DNA from: Azolla caroliniana | Lineage: Eukaryota > Plantae > Polypodiophyta | Assembly: GCA_043228905.1 (NCBI GenBank) | Contig: JBHGNT010000017.1 | Coordinates: 2,976,001 to 3,040,000, forward strand | DNA: 64,000 nucleotides | Direction: 5' to 3' | Shown here: piece by piece, positions 24,239 to 34,830 of the stretch | Layout of the letters: each line of letters starts with the position of its first letter | How positions within the stretch are numbered: position 1 is the first letter of the stretch | The notes under the pieces: generated by a model | Told to the model about the DNA's origin: nothing | The model's database searches: none | What the model saw: only the letters and a program-made list of their open reading frames with translations | Position numbers and translations under genes: made by a program

Positions 24239-25710
24239 AAGAGAATAAAGGCGGCCAAGTTTTGGGCATGATGTTGTTAATATTTCACCATTTGGTAGTT
24301 TGTATTTAATAATTGCACAATTTGAATGAAATTCGATAATGGTTCTGGTTGTGGTTCCTTCAATAACCGAAAATAAATTTGTTGTGATACTTGGAACATA
24401 GTGAACGTTTGGAATACTCATTGACCTTGTTTGATTAATGGAAAGGTGAACTTCTCCATTTCCAATTGCGGCTTTTGTGCCATTGTCTCCAAATCGAACT
24501 TCTAGGGCTTGTGGAAGAGTTTTATAATTGTGGAGCAAGTTCTTGTTGTGAGTGAGATGGTGTGTTGCACCAGTGTGAAGGAACCAAATATTTGAGGCAT
24601 TCTTCAATTTTGCTACCGCCATATACAATTCTATTTTGTTGGATCCACTTTCATCTTTTGTTTGTATTACTTCCATCTCACATGTGAATGTTTGTATAAA
24701 ATTGTTGTCTCCCTCTTCATATTCTTTAATATTAGATTGTAATGAAGCATTGTTTCCTTGTGGAAAGAACCTTCTACCTTTTCCCTTTTGGTTGTATTGT
24801 TTCTTTCGACACTCATGTTCAAGATGGCCCGTTTGTTGCAATATTTGCAAAAAACATTGTAACATGGTGATTGCTCTCGCTCCTCCTTGAGGAGGCTTAT
24901 TCTTTGGATGAAATTTCTGGAATGTCTTTGACTTGTGGTAATTGCCTTTGTAATGGTGTCTCATGGACACCGCCATTGCCATGTGACTTCTCGTAACTAT
25001 GGATGCTCGCGAATGTGATCCATGATTCTGGCAAGGAACCCATTAGTATTTCACATATTGATGTTCATCAATAATGTTGCCTTATGAGATTGCAATATCT
25101 AGTTGTCTTTGCGAATTGCTTATGACAGTGTTGGTTGGTTCTCCTTCACGCATATCCACGTTCATTAGGGTTGGGCAAGAGAAGATTTTGATCGTACCGT
25201 CAAAAGGTTGGTGTAATTGTTTGAAGATGATCCCACATTGCTCGTGTGGATCCAAAACTTCGAACATGATCAACTTGCCAATCACTTAGATGCATAAGTA
25301 TCTCCATTCTCACATCTAGATCTCTACTTTTCCAATCGCTCAATTCAGGTTCTGTTGACGGAATGACTTCAGAACCATTTACGATTCCTTTAAGATTTAT
25401 TCTTTCGAGAATTAACTTGATTCTCGTTCTCCACATTCTATAATTGTGGTCTAAGAGTTTCTCCACCACATACTTTCTTGCCATTTGATTTGTTGATGCA
25501 ACATTAATTGGATTTCTGACAAATTCGGATTGGTTTTCCGACAAATTCTGATTGGTTTTCCGTATTGGTGGTCGACGACATCTTGTATAGATTGTCCAAA
25601 TCAATCTAACATGATGTATGCCACTTATTTATTCATAGATTACTTATCTAACGTGACGTATGTCACTCGGATACCATGTTAGAAATTAGAGAGAGAGAGA
25701 GAGAGAGAGA

Positions 25711-27031
25711 TTTTATTATCATCTTCGGAGGCCAAATATGACCTATGAGACCAAAAATATTACATTTCACGTGATACGTGTGAAGGTGAGTAGTGACTCT
25801 CGATGTTCAAGAACTTTACCAATGAATGTTGCAATCGAGAGTGCACATCGTGGTTGTGAGAGAAATTTGTTCAAGGATTGGGCTCGATCGAAGAGATGTG
25901 GAAAGCATGGTCGAATATGATCAAAGGCAGAGCATTGTATCAAAGTGTGATACTCAGACTCTCGAACTTGTTTAGGGCAAAGTGTGCATAGTCGGCTACT
26001 CTCATCACTTGTGCCCCAACGCCCCGTCTCACATCTCATGGAAGTCGCATGGAAGCAATGGTTCGAATGGCAGATATCGAGATGGGCTCTAACATGTATC
26101 GATGTGTACGGCTTCCCCGTTCTGCGAAGAATATGGTTTTGTAGTTAGGTGCAACATTTGTAGTACAATGTGTGAACCGTGAGCCACCACATTTGTCCCA
26201 TGTCATGATACATTGGTGTTGCAAAAAGGCCTCATTTATAGAGGAATCTAGTGACGCATCATGAAGCAAGTGTCTTGCATCCCATCTACCAAACGATTTT
26301 TCTAAATCTTGCATCCAACCGAAACACAAAATTTTGCTTTTATGTGTCTTTTGAATCTTTTTGCTTGCTTCCCATACACTTCTAGGAAGTCGATGTGAGG
26401 GGCTTTTTTGAACCTTAATCATGTATTCAACAACCCTTTCCATGGCCATGATCTCAATGGGAAGCGATCCCGTCTCAAGGAGGAGGGTGTAGGGCGTTTG
26501 TTTCTTAACTTGTAGAAACTTTGTAAGAAAATGTTTTTGGACATTTTCAAACTCTTTCCATGTAGATTTAGGGATGCTACTGCCCCATAGAGAAGAACTA
26601 GGGTCACCAAGGTGTCAAAAAGATCTTTCTTGAGGACCCAACACTTAATATCTCCAAGATTGCATGTGTTCTCAAATGCATAATATGCTCGCTTACCTGC
26701 TTCTAAGCGGCGTGTAACACATTCATTCCATTTATGATTTGAAGGAACTTTAAGGCCAAGATATTTGAAGCTTTCCACGCATTCAAGTGGCTCATTGTTG
26801 TACATAATGCATGGTTTATCTCTTTTTTGACTCGTCACAACCATAATCTTTGTTTTGAGCTATTGACACTTAATCTAGCATGCATGCAAAATTTGTCCAA
26901 TACCTTCATAAGCTTTTGTGCATCTCTTGAAGTATTTGCAAAAAGTACTACATCATCCATTATCCACATATAACAAAAGCATAATCACAACATTCCCAAT
27001 AGCAACTTCTTCAACATATTCTTCCTTTACA
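25711..27031 (-). mobile_element. 5'-truncated RTE-like LINE flanked on both sides by (GA)n
   Basis: RT C-terminal motifs ECVESFKYLG and LLYG, then C-terminal RLCTLC...ESEYHTLIQC. 3' end aataaaa followed by (TC)n. (GA)n at 25688-25710 and 27032-27045. Confidence 0.82.
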
Positions 27032-27046
27032 AGAGAGAGAGAGAGT

Positions 27047-27330
27047 CATTTATTTGGCTACTCCTAAAAGGTTAGGTGGTGCAATAATATTAGATTTGGA
27101 AAGACATTTGATGGATCGTAGATTTGCATTATTACAAGATATATGTCAACAAGATCAACCATGGATATCTATGATGCAATATTTTATTGAGCATGAAACA
27201 TTAGTGAATGGGAAAACAAATATTCAAACATCATGGTGGTCACTACTCAAGGAAGTATTCCTCTAAAGATTCGACATTCTATATGTGGACAACATTTGGT
27301 AAGATCGTGGCAAGATGCATTCTCTTTTTA
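27047..27330 (+). mobile_element. Small decayed L1/Tx1-like LINE ORF2 fragment
   Basis: ATPKRLGGAIILDL resembles the PKxxGGLG motif after the RT domain; followed by a W-rich segment. Confidence 0.45.
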
Positions 27331-27522
27331 AACGGGGCCATAAAGTGATCGAGAATATTGGTTAGAAAACGTTGAGATATAAGTGGTTACTAAAACGTGC
27401 ACCTCTTTTTCTAAAATAATTCGGAAGCGGTACATTTATTTCCTCTAAAATGTTTTATAATAGGTAAACTAAAATGTTTATATATTTTTAATTATTCTAG
27501 CAGTCTTGACCAAGAGCTAGAT

Positions 27523-30339
27523 TCACTTCAATTTTGAGGAGAGGAGATGGCGGAGGAATATGCCAAGTGCAAGCCCAGCGAGATATCCCACCAGAACTGC
27601 CCACGGAGATACAAACTCATGGAACCAGATCTCAATCAATAATACCTGCTGCTTCGGGTCCCCTGTGCTTCTACTTCTGCCTGTGCTGCCCATGCCCACA
27701 TCACTAATACTCGCATTGTGGTCGCTTATGTTGCAGGAGGAAAGAGGGCATCCATACAGCCCAGGGTTGTTCTCAAAGCTTGAAGACGTGAACTTGGTGT
27801 CGAAGTGGTTCAGTGTGGGAATGGGTCCTTCCAGTTGGTTGTGGGCCAGGTTTAGAGTAGAGAGGCTGTCCAGAGACGTGAGATCTTGTGGGATGCCACC
27901 GCTGAGCTGGTTGTAGGAGAGATCCAGCACCTCCAACTGCATCAATCTCCCGAATGTAGCCGCAGGTATTGTGCCGCTGATGCGGTTGTGGGACAGGTTG
28001 GCTCCTGTCAAACCTTGCAGCTCCCCGAAGCTCTCCGGAATTTCGCCTTCCAGATCATTCATGGACACATCAAAGTAGATACGGGTACTCAGAATATATT
28101 TAAGAGTGAAGACAGCGTTCTTAATCGTGACCAGCACCTCCTCGAAGAGGGTGGTCTGGTTCATGTCTGAGGTTTGATTGAGCTTGAAGTAGGAGAGGTG
28201 TGTGAGAGTCACAGGGAAGTGGCCGCTAAAGCGATTGTTGGAGAGGTCCAGTGCCTGTAGACTGGGAAGCTTCCAAACCCAACCAGGGATGTCTCCGCTT
28301 AGCTGGTTGTAGCTCACGGAGAGCACCCTTAGTTTGGATAAACCAGTGATGTGAGGAGTAGCATTATTACCTAAGGTTCCGGTGAGATATTTGTTCCTCT
28401 GCACTTCAAAGACGACCAGTGCCTTACTCTCTGTTAGACCAGCAGGTAGCTCCCCTTCTAAAGCATTTTCATAGGCACTAAAACTCCTGAGATTCGGGAA
28501 CTTGGACAGATCCAAGCTTTCTATCTTCCCAGTCAAATTGTTTTGAAAGAGACGTAAGACCTGAAGAGCTGCCAGATTATGTAAAGCGTCAACAGGGACA
28601 ATCCCTTCTAGGCTGTTTGTAAATAGAGAGAGTTCCTGGAGGTTTATGAGCATTCCTAGCTCACTGGGGATGGGACCCCTGAGATTGTTGAACCCTAATT
28701 GGAGCTGCATGAGTTGTGAGCAGCTACCGAGTTCAACTGGTATCTTCCCTGTCAGCTTGTTGCTCTCGAGAACCAAGGACTGTAGCTGGGTGAGGTTACC
28801 GAGGCTAGAAGGGACGGGGCCTTCCAGGTTGTTGTGGTCGAGATGCAACTCCAGTAGGTCGGTGAGGTTTCCAAGGCTAGAAGGAATGGGGCCTTCCAGG
28901 CTGTTGCTCTGTAGGGACAAGTGCTGTAGCTGGGTGAGGTTCCCGAGACTAGAAGGGATGGTGCCGTCCAGGTTGTTGTTTTGAAGGTACAAAGTCTTTA
29001 GCTGGGTGAGGTTCCCGAGGCTCGAAGGGATGGGGCCTGAGAAGTTGTTGTTGTTGAGGCACCAGGTCTGTAGCTGGGTGAGGTTCCCGAGGCTCGAAGG
29101 AATGGGGCCTGACAGGTTGTTGCTCTGGAGTTCCAAGGTCCCTAACTGGGGGAGGTCCCCGATGCTAGAAGGGACTGGGCCTGACAGGTAGTTGTTGTCG
29201 AGGTACAAGTGCAGTAGCTGGGTGAGGTTCCCGAGACTAAACGGGATGGGGCCTGATAATTTGTTGAGCTCGAGATCCAAGGTCTGTAGCTGGGTGAGAT
29301 TCCCAAGGCTAGAAGGTATGGGGCCGTCCAGTTTGTTGGCCTCGAGGTACAAAGTCTGTAGCTGGGTGAGGTTCCCGAGGCTCGCAGGGATGGGACCTGA
29401 GAGGTTGTTGCTGTTGAGGCACAAGGTCTGTAGCTGGTTGAGGTTCCCGAGGCTAGAAGGGATGGGGCCGTCCAGGTTGTTGCTGTCGAGGTACAAGTAC
29501 AGTAGTTGGGTGAGGTTCCCGAGGCTAGAAGGAATGGGGCCTGAGAGGTTGTTGCTGTCGAGATCCAAGGTCTGTAGCTGGATGAGATTCCCGAGGCTAG
29601 AAGGAATGGGGCCGTCCAGGTTGTTGCTGTTGAGGGACAAGGTCTGTAGCTGGGTGAGGTTCCCGAGGCTAGAAGGAATGGGGCCTTCCAGTTTGTTGGC
29701 CTCGAGGTACAGGGCCTGTAGCTGGGTGAGGTTCCCAAGGCTAGAAGGGATAAGGCCTGAGAAGTTGTTGTTGTCGAGGTACAAGAATTGTAGCTGGGTG
29801 AGGTCCCCAAGGCTAGAAGGGATGGGGCCTCCCAGTTTGTTGGCCTCGAGACGCAAGGACCGTAGGTGGGTGAGGTTCCCGAGGCTAGAAGGAATGGGGC
29901 CTGAGAAGTTGTTGTAGGAGAGGGTGAGAAGAGAAAGAGAAGAGAGGAGAGACAGAGAAGGGGAGATGGAGCCAGAGAGGCTGCAGGAGTAGAGGTCGAG
30001 GGAGGTGATGTGGAAGCGGTCATCACAGAGCAGGCCGTACCAGCCGACAGTGCGGTTGGAGGGGCAGTAGGAGGGCGGTGCCGCTGTGTGGATAGTGGTG
30101 GTGGTAGTGGTGGTCCAGGAGAAGAGGCAAAAAGTGGGGTCATGGGTGATGGCATCCTTGATTGCTATGAGAGCTTGGGCTTGGGCTTGCACTACGGCCA
30201 TGTCAGAGGAGGTGGTGGGAGTGGGAGTGGGAGTGAGCGTGACAGCCACAGGCAGAGCCAGAACCTCCGCAGGCATTGCGGAATGTATGATGAGAATAAG
30301 GATTGAGAGGAGATGGAGAGTGCATGGGAAGCTCAGCAT
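27523..30339 (-). CDS. LRR receptor-like protein (no kinase), 938 aa, intronless
   Basis: Hydrophobic N-terminal signal, LRR N-cap (W...C...WYGLLC), many plant-type LxxLxLxxNxLxGxIP repeats, island region, C-cap SFENNPGL.GCPL, TM helix WAVLVGYLAGLALGIFL, 9-aa tail. Confidence 0.93.
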   Translation of the reverse strand: MLSFPCTLHLLSILILIIHSAMPAEVLALPVAVTLTPTPTPTTSSDMAVVQAQAQALIAIKDAITHDPTFCLFSWTTTTTTTIHTAAPPSYCPSNRTVGWYGLLCDDRFHITSLDLYSCSLSGSISPSLSLLSSLSLLTLSYNNFSGPIPSSLGNLTHLRSLRLEANKLGGPIPSSLGDLTQLQFLYLDNNNFSGLIPSSLGNLTQLQALYLEANKLEGPIPSSLGNLTQLQTLSLNSNNLDGPIPSSLGNLIQLQTLDLDSNNLSGPIPSSLGNLTQLLYLYLDSNNLDGPIPSSLGNLNQLQTLCLNSNNLSGPIPASLGNLTQLQTLYLEANKLDGPIPSSLGNLTQLQTLDLELNKLSGPIPFSLGNLTQLLHLYLDNNYLSGPVPSSIGDLPQLGTLELQSNNLSGPIPSSLGNLTQLQTWCLNNNNFSGPIPSSLGNLTQLKTLYLQNNNLDGTIPSSLGNLTQLQHLSLQSNSLEGPIPSSLGNLTDLLELHLDHNNLEGPVPSSLGNLTQLQSLVLESNKLTGKIPVELGSCSQLMQLQLGFNNLRGPIPSELGMLINLQELSLFTNSLEGIVPVDALHNLAALQVLRLFQNNLTGKIESLDLSKFPNLRSFSAYENALEGELPAGLTESKALVVFEVQRNKYLTGTLGNNATPHITGLSKLRVLSVSYNQLSGDIPGWVWKLPSLQALDLSNNRFSGHFPVTLTHLSYFKLNQTSDMNQTTLFEEVLVTIKNAVFTLKYILSTRIYFDVSMNDLEGEIPESFGELQGLTGANLSHNRISGTIPAATFGRLMQLEVLDLSYNQLSGGIPQDLTSLDSLSTLNLAHNQLEGPIPTLNHFDTKFTSSSFENNPGLYGCPLSSCNISDHNASISDVGMGSTGRSRSTGDPKQQVLLIEIWFHEFVSPWAVLVGYLAGLALGIFLRHLLSSKLK
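28753..29904 (-). repeat. Sixteen tandem 72-bp LRR-coding units, highly similar at DNA level
   Basis: 16 x 24 aa of consensus xGPIPSSLGNLTQLQxLxLxxNxL span exactly 1152 bp; gctgggtgaggttcccgaggctagaagg recurs. Confidence 0.93.
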
Positions 30340-30643
30340 CTCGTGAACGGAATATGAAGCATGGTGGAAACCAACGGAGAAGGAACGGAGTGTTGGATAA
30401 AGAGGATGGAGAGGAGTGAGTGAGTGAGTGAGTGAAAGAGGTGGAAACTTTCAAACTATGGAGTAGAGGAAACCAACAGCACTAAGGGAATGACTACATT
30501 TGAAGGTGGGACCAAGTTGGTCAGATGAATTCAGCACTAGACACAATATTCTTCATGTCCACGTCCATCGACACCTCTTCTTGGTGGGATCCCCTGGGGA
30601 CAAGTTTAATTTGGAATGCATAATTTTTCTTATAGAATGAACG

Positions 30644-30800
30644 ATTTTCAAAGACATGAGATTTTGATATTTGTCCTTCCAAAAGAAAGACTTTTGAGTG
30701 ATTGATTTCAAAGGCCAGTTTTCAAAGACAGGACTCCGGAGATTTTGATATTTGTCCTTCCAAAAGAAAGACTTTTGAGTAATTGATTTCCAAGGCAGGG
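30644..30800. repeat. Tandem duplication of about 81-bp period in the LRR-RLP upstream region
   Basis: gagattttgatatttgtccttccaaaagaaagacttttgagt occurs at 30658 and 30739. Confidence 0.85.
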
Positions 30801-33059
30801 TCATTGACCTTAAAACCTTTCCCCTTTTTCTTTTTCTTTTTCCAAAAAAAAGTCTACTTCCATTAGTTAAGAAAAAGTACGTAGCATAATATACAACTCA
30901 TACGTTACAATCCACTACTCATATGTTACAATCCACTCTGCAATGGCTACAAGAAAACATCATGTATAAATGAAGCAACAAAGCCTCGTCACGGAAGTAC
31001 TCGACAGACTCCCCTCAACATGAACCTTTCCCCTTTTTCACACCAAACAACACGACAATAATTATATTACCACACAACCCAACCTCTCTGCAAGCATTTT
31101 TTTCACTCCAAAGCTCATCCAATATATTCACTTTGGAATAGTGACCGAAATGGCTTCCTCAATGAAAGCTTCACGAACATCTTCATAACTATCACCATTT
31201 TCATAATATTCATTATAACAATAATGATCCTTGAGACAATCATCAATATCCAGATTCCACATCAACTTGAACTATTTGAGCTTGGACATCACTTTGAGGT
31301 TGGGACTTCTAAACTTTCTTTTGGCATGACATTCTTGAGTTAGCATTTAAATATTTTACAAAAAAATATTATTATAATGCATTCCTCCGTATTTACTATT
31401 TCGAGTTTTCGTTATCCATAGCCTCTGCGTTTGAAGAAACAATTATGTTTGTACACAACCATTACCATAGTTTATTTAGATTCGGGAAACTTTTGTAAAA
31501 GCATGCTCTCTTCTTCTCTAATGTTTAAGTTTGTCTCACAAGGCTAGTCAATCATTGCATTTTTTTTGTTACTTTGAAGTTTTTCCCAACCTCAACGATT
31601 TTGTTTGAATTGTTTCTTCACCACCCTCAACAATGCAAGACAATTTCTTGTCCGGCCCACATGTACAATCAATTGTCTTTAAACATAAAGTCTACATCAT
31701 ACCCATCTACCTTCCATCTTCCAAAATAATTATTCCACCTTAGGGCTAGACATAGCAATGGGTCATAAGTAATATTTACCAAATTCGTTTAAAAGTGGTA
31801 GCACTGAACCAAACTTTCTTCATGAATCATTGAAATCAGGACAAGATTCATGATAAGATAGGTTCACCAATTTATTGAAATTAATACACATACTTTACAT
31901 GTGATTTGTATACTCTTTGACACATTCAAGAGCTCAATCAAGACTTATGAAATTCAAGGGCAACTTTTATCCAATGTCGACCAACACACCCAAAAGCGAA
32001 AATGTGAACATACCTACAAGATTCATATTTCCAAGGTCAATCAGGTGATATGGGGAAAAGTAAGAAGAAGATAATACAACAAATTCAATGGAGGCACATC
32101 GCAATTTTCCCCAATGTTGGTGACATACGAGAACTTTGGCACAAAAACAATTTGTCAATCATCAAATTAATTATCAATGCGAACAACCAAAATGACGGCA
32201 ATACAACCAAGAAACTACCCCACTTTTATATATACAGGAGAAGTAATACAAGTGGTGTAAAGCCTCAAATATCTTAATATTATGTCTCACTGACAAGTAG
32301 GTGGAATGTGTGCAACTGGTCTAGACTGCAAGTAGGTTGAAATAGTAATTGTACAATTGAGATGAAACTAAAGTGACATTTAACTATGGAAAGTAAGATT
32401 TATGTTATCGAACATTACTAGTTGAAGTGTTACTTTATGGAGTGAAAGTTTAGGGTAGAACTATCTCACTTAGTGCATGGGATGAAATAGAGAAAATTAA
32501 CAAACAATTGTAACCTGGACAATTAGGATTAAAATTCTCAACATCGCATTCTCTCATGTTATTAGAAGTAGGTGTTCAACCAATAGAGGTGCTAGTCATA
32601 TGACAATTATATATGCAGTATGTCACAAAAGCCAAGAATATACTTGATCACATATTGCCAAAACAAGTTTGCAATGTAGGATGCAAGGTAAAAAAGAAAA
32701 TAAGAGCAAAATCCCCTCATTTGTTTGGATGCCTGACATTATGAAATGGGGAAATAGAAGGTATGTTGGGGAAATAGGTGATCACCGAGGAGAAAAGGAA
32801 AGGAAAGGAAAAAAACGGAAAGGTTGCTCCCAAAGCCTCATTCTTTCTAGTCTCCACCATAAATATTACTAGACACGTTGAGGATGAATTGGCAAGATGC
32901 TAAAATGCCAAATTTGGAATATTACATTGTGAATGTTAACCTTCAATGTTTTTCCCCGATACAACTTAGGAAAGCCAAAATGTATTTATCCACACATTAT
33001 TACTCCCAAGAGCCTTCGCTTTCAAAGAGCCCTTACAATTTTTCAAACTTGCTTACACA

Positions 33060-34250
33060 AGAGGAAAGTCGCTTAAGAGATAAATGCTTATATTGTTGGT
33101 TCTTAGACTTCAAGAAAGCTTTTGATACTTCGTGAACATCTTTGGAGGCGAATAGAAGAACTCAAAGTGCCAAGTGAATATAGACTTGCAATTTCCCGAA
33201 TCTATAAGAAGGTTATGTGTTGTGTGCATATGGGTGATAGACTTTCATATTTTTTCACTAGCACTATTGGTGTTAAGCAAGGATGCCCTCTCTCACCATC
33301 TTTATTTGGTCTATGCATTGATCAATTGGAAGAAATAGTTGCAAAGTTTATAAAGGAAGAAGCATTGAAGAAGTTGTCATTGAGAATGTAGTCATTATGC
33401 TTTTGTTATATGTTGATGATATAATATTTGTTTGCAAATACTTTAGGGGATGCACAAAAGCTTATAAAGGTATTGGAAATGAATTGCATGCACACTACAT
33501 TTAGTGTCAACGGCGCTAAAACAAAGATTATGCTTGCAAAGAGCCAAATAAATAAATCGTTATGTACAATAATCAACCACTAGTGTGTGGAAAACTTCAA
33601 ATCTATTTAAATCATAGATGGAATCAATGTGCTACCCAACAACTAGAGGTGGGAAAGAGAGCATATTATGCATTTCAAAACACATGATATCATGGAGAAA
33701 TTATGTGATGGGTGGTAGCATCCCTAAATCTACTTGGAAAGAGTTTGAGAATGTCCAAAAGCATTTCTACAATTTAAGAAACAAACGCCATACACCCTCC
33801 TACTTGAGATGATATCACTTCCCATTGAGATCGTGACCATGGGAAGGACTGTCGAATACATGCTCAAGGTTCAAAAAAGTCTCTCATATCGACTTCTTAG
33901 GATCACACAGGAAGTAAGCAAAAAGATGCATAAAAGCAAAATTTTGTGTTCTGATTAGATGCGAGATATGGAAAAATGGTTTGGTAAATGGGATGCAACA
34001 CACTTGCTTTAACATGCATCACAAGAATCCTAATAGCAACAACAATGTATCATTACATGGGGAAAATGTGGCGGCTCACGCTTCACACATTATACTACAC
34101 AAGTTGCACCTAACGATAAAACCATATTTTTCACGACACACATCGACACATGTTAGAGCCTATCCGATTGTCTACCATCTCAACCATTGCTTCTATGCAA
34201 CTTAGCTCACACACATCGCGATGTGAGATGGGGTGTTGGGGCACATGTAT
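33060..34250 (+). mobile_element. Degenerate RTE-like LINE, same family as 25711-27031
   Basis: FLDFKKAFD, GVKQGCPLSPSLFGL, LLYVDD; collinear with the reverse complement of 26020-27030. Confidence 0.85.
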
Positions 34251-34289
34251 AGAAGACAATCTTAAAAACATGTCGCTCCTCGTGTGGAG

Positions 34290-34830
34290 GCTAATAATAG
34301 CCTCTCACATTCATCTCAAACAACTTGTTGGCTCAGCACACTATGTATTGGGTTCAGATTTGACAGCCCTAAATGTTGAATCATACACTTGCCTCTTGAG
34401 AAAGGCATCCTCAAGAATCCAAATCAAATGACATAAGAAAGTATCAACTTCCCAATAAGATCCCCAAAATGCTTAGGTGCCGAAGGATTGTCAAGGACAA
34501 CATCTTCCAGCTGCTCTGTTGTGAGTCTTAATATCCTTACCTAACAAAACCTTTTCTGCCCATAAATCTACGAAGAGCTTCTTTACCAGATCCCTCTCTC
34601 CCGCCGTTGGCCTTCTAATGACTCTAATAAGATTGTCATGACCATTTACACCAACTGAGAATGGAAGTCTGGGCTTTGCGGCTCTTCAACACATAGTCTC
34701 GCTTCTTTAAGATCACCAACTGAAATGAATCCTTTAAGCAAGGACTCGGATTTTCTCTGGAGGACTGCAAGAGATAGCCCAGCAGGTGTTGGACCGCTTC
34801 TCTACGAGGCCATCTGGGTCCTGATTACTG
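34290..34830 (-). pseudogene. eIF(iso)4G C-terminal MA3-domain gene fragment
   Basis: Manual translation: LQRKSESLLKGFISVGDLKEARLCVEEPQSPDFHSQLV*...EQLEDVVLDNPSAPKHFGDLIGKLILS...LEDAFLKRQVYD...ECERLL. Matches the plant eIF(iso)4G MA3 pattern; has a stop and frameshifts. Confidence 0.75.

Larger units (their letters stand above)
9876..25710 (-). mobile_element. Old Ty1/copia fragmented by at least seven nested insertions
   Basis: Collinear on the minus strand: LTR end at 25677, PBS (tggtatccgag) 25666-25676, gag 25500-24800, protease WFLHTGATHH, integrase 23760-23190 and 17678-17110, RT 14700-14390, 13250-12880, 11627-11370 (VYVDDLL), RNase H 10550-9900 (FCDNQSCI). Confidence 0.88.

Noticed and set aside
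29142-30155. Long alternative-frame and antisense ORFs (337 aa and 241 aa) over the LRR gene
   Set aside because: A by-product of GC-rich 72-bp repeats lacking stops; no independent protein signature.
31000-32280. Decayed coding-like sequence upstream of the LRR-RLP
   Set aside because: I could not assign any domain; many stops. It needs a translated search.
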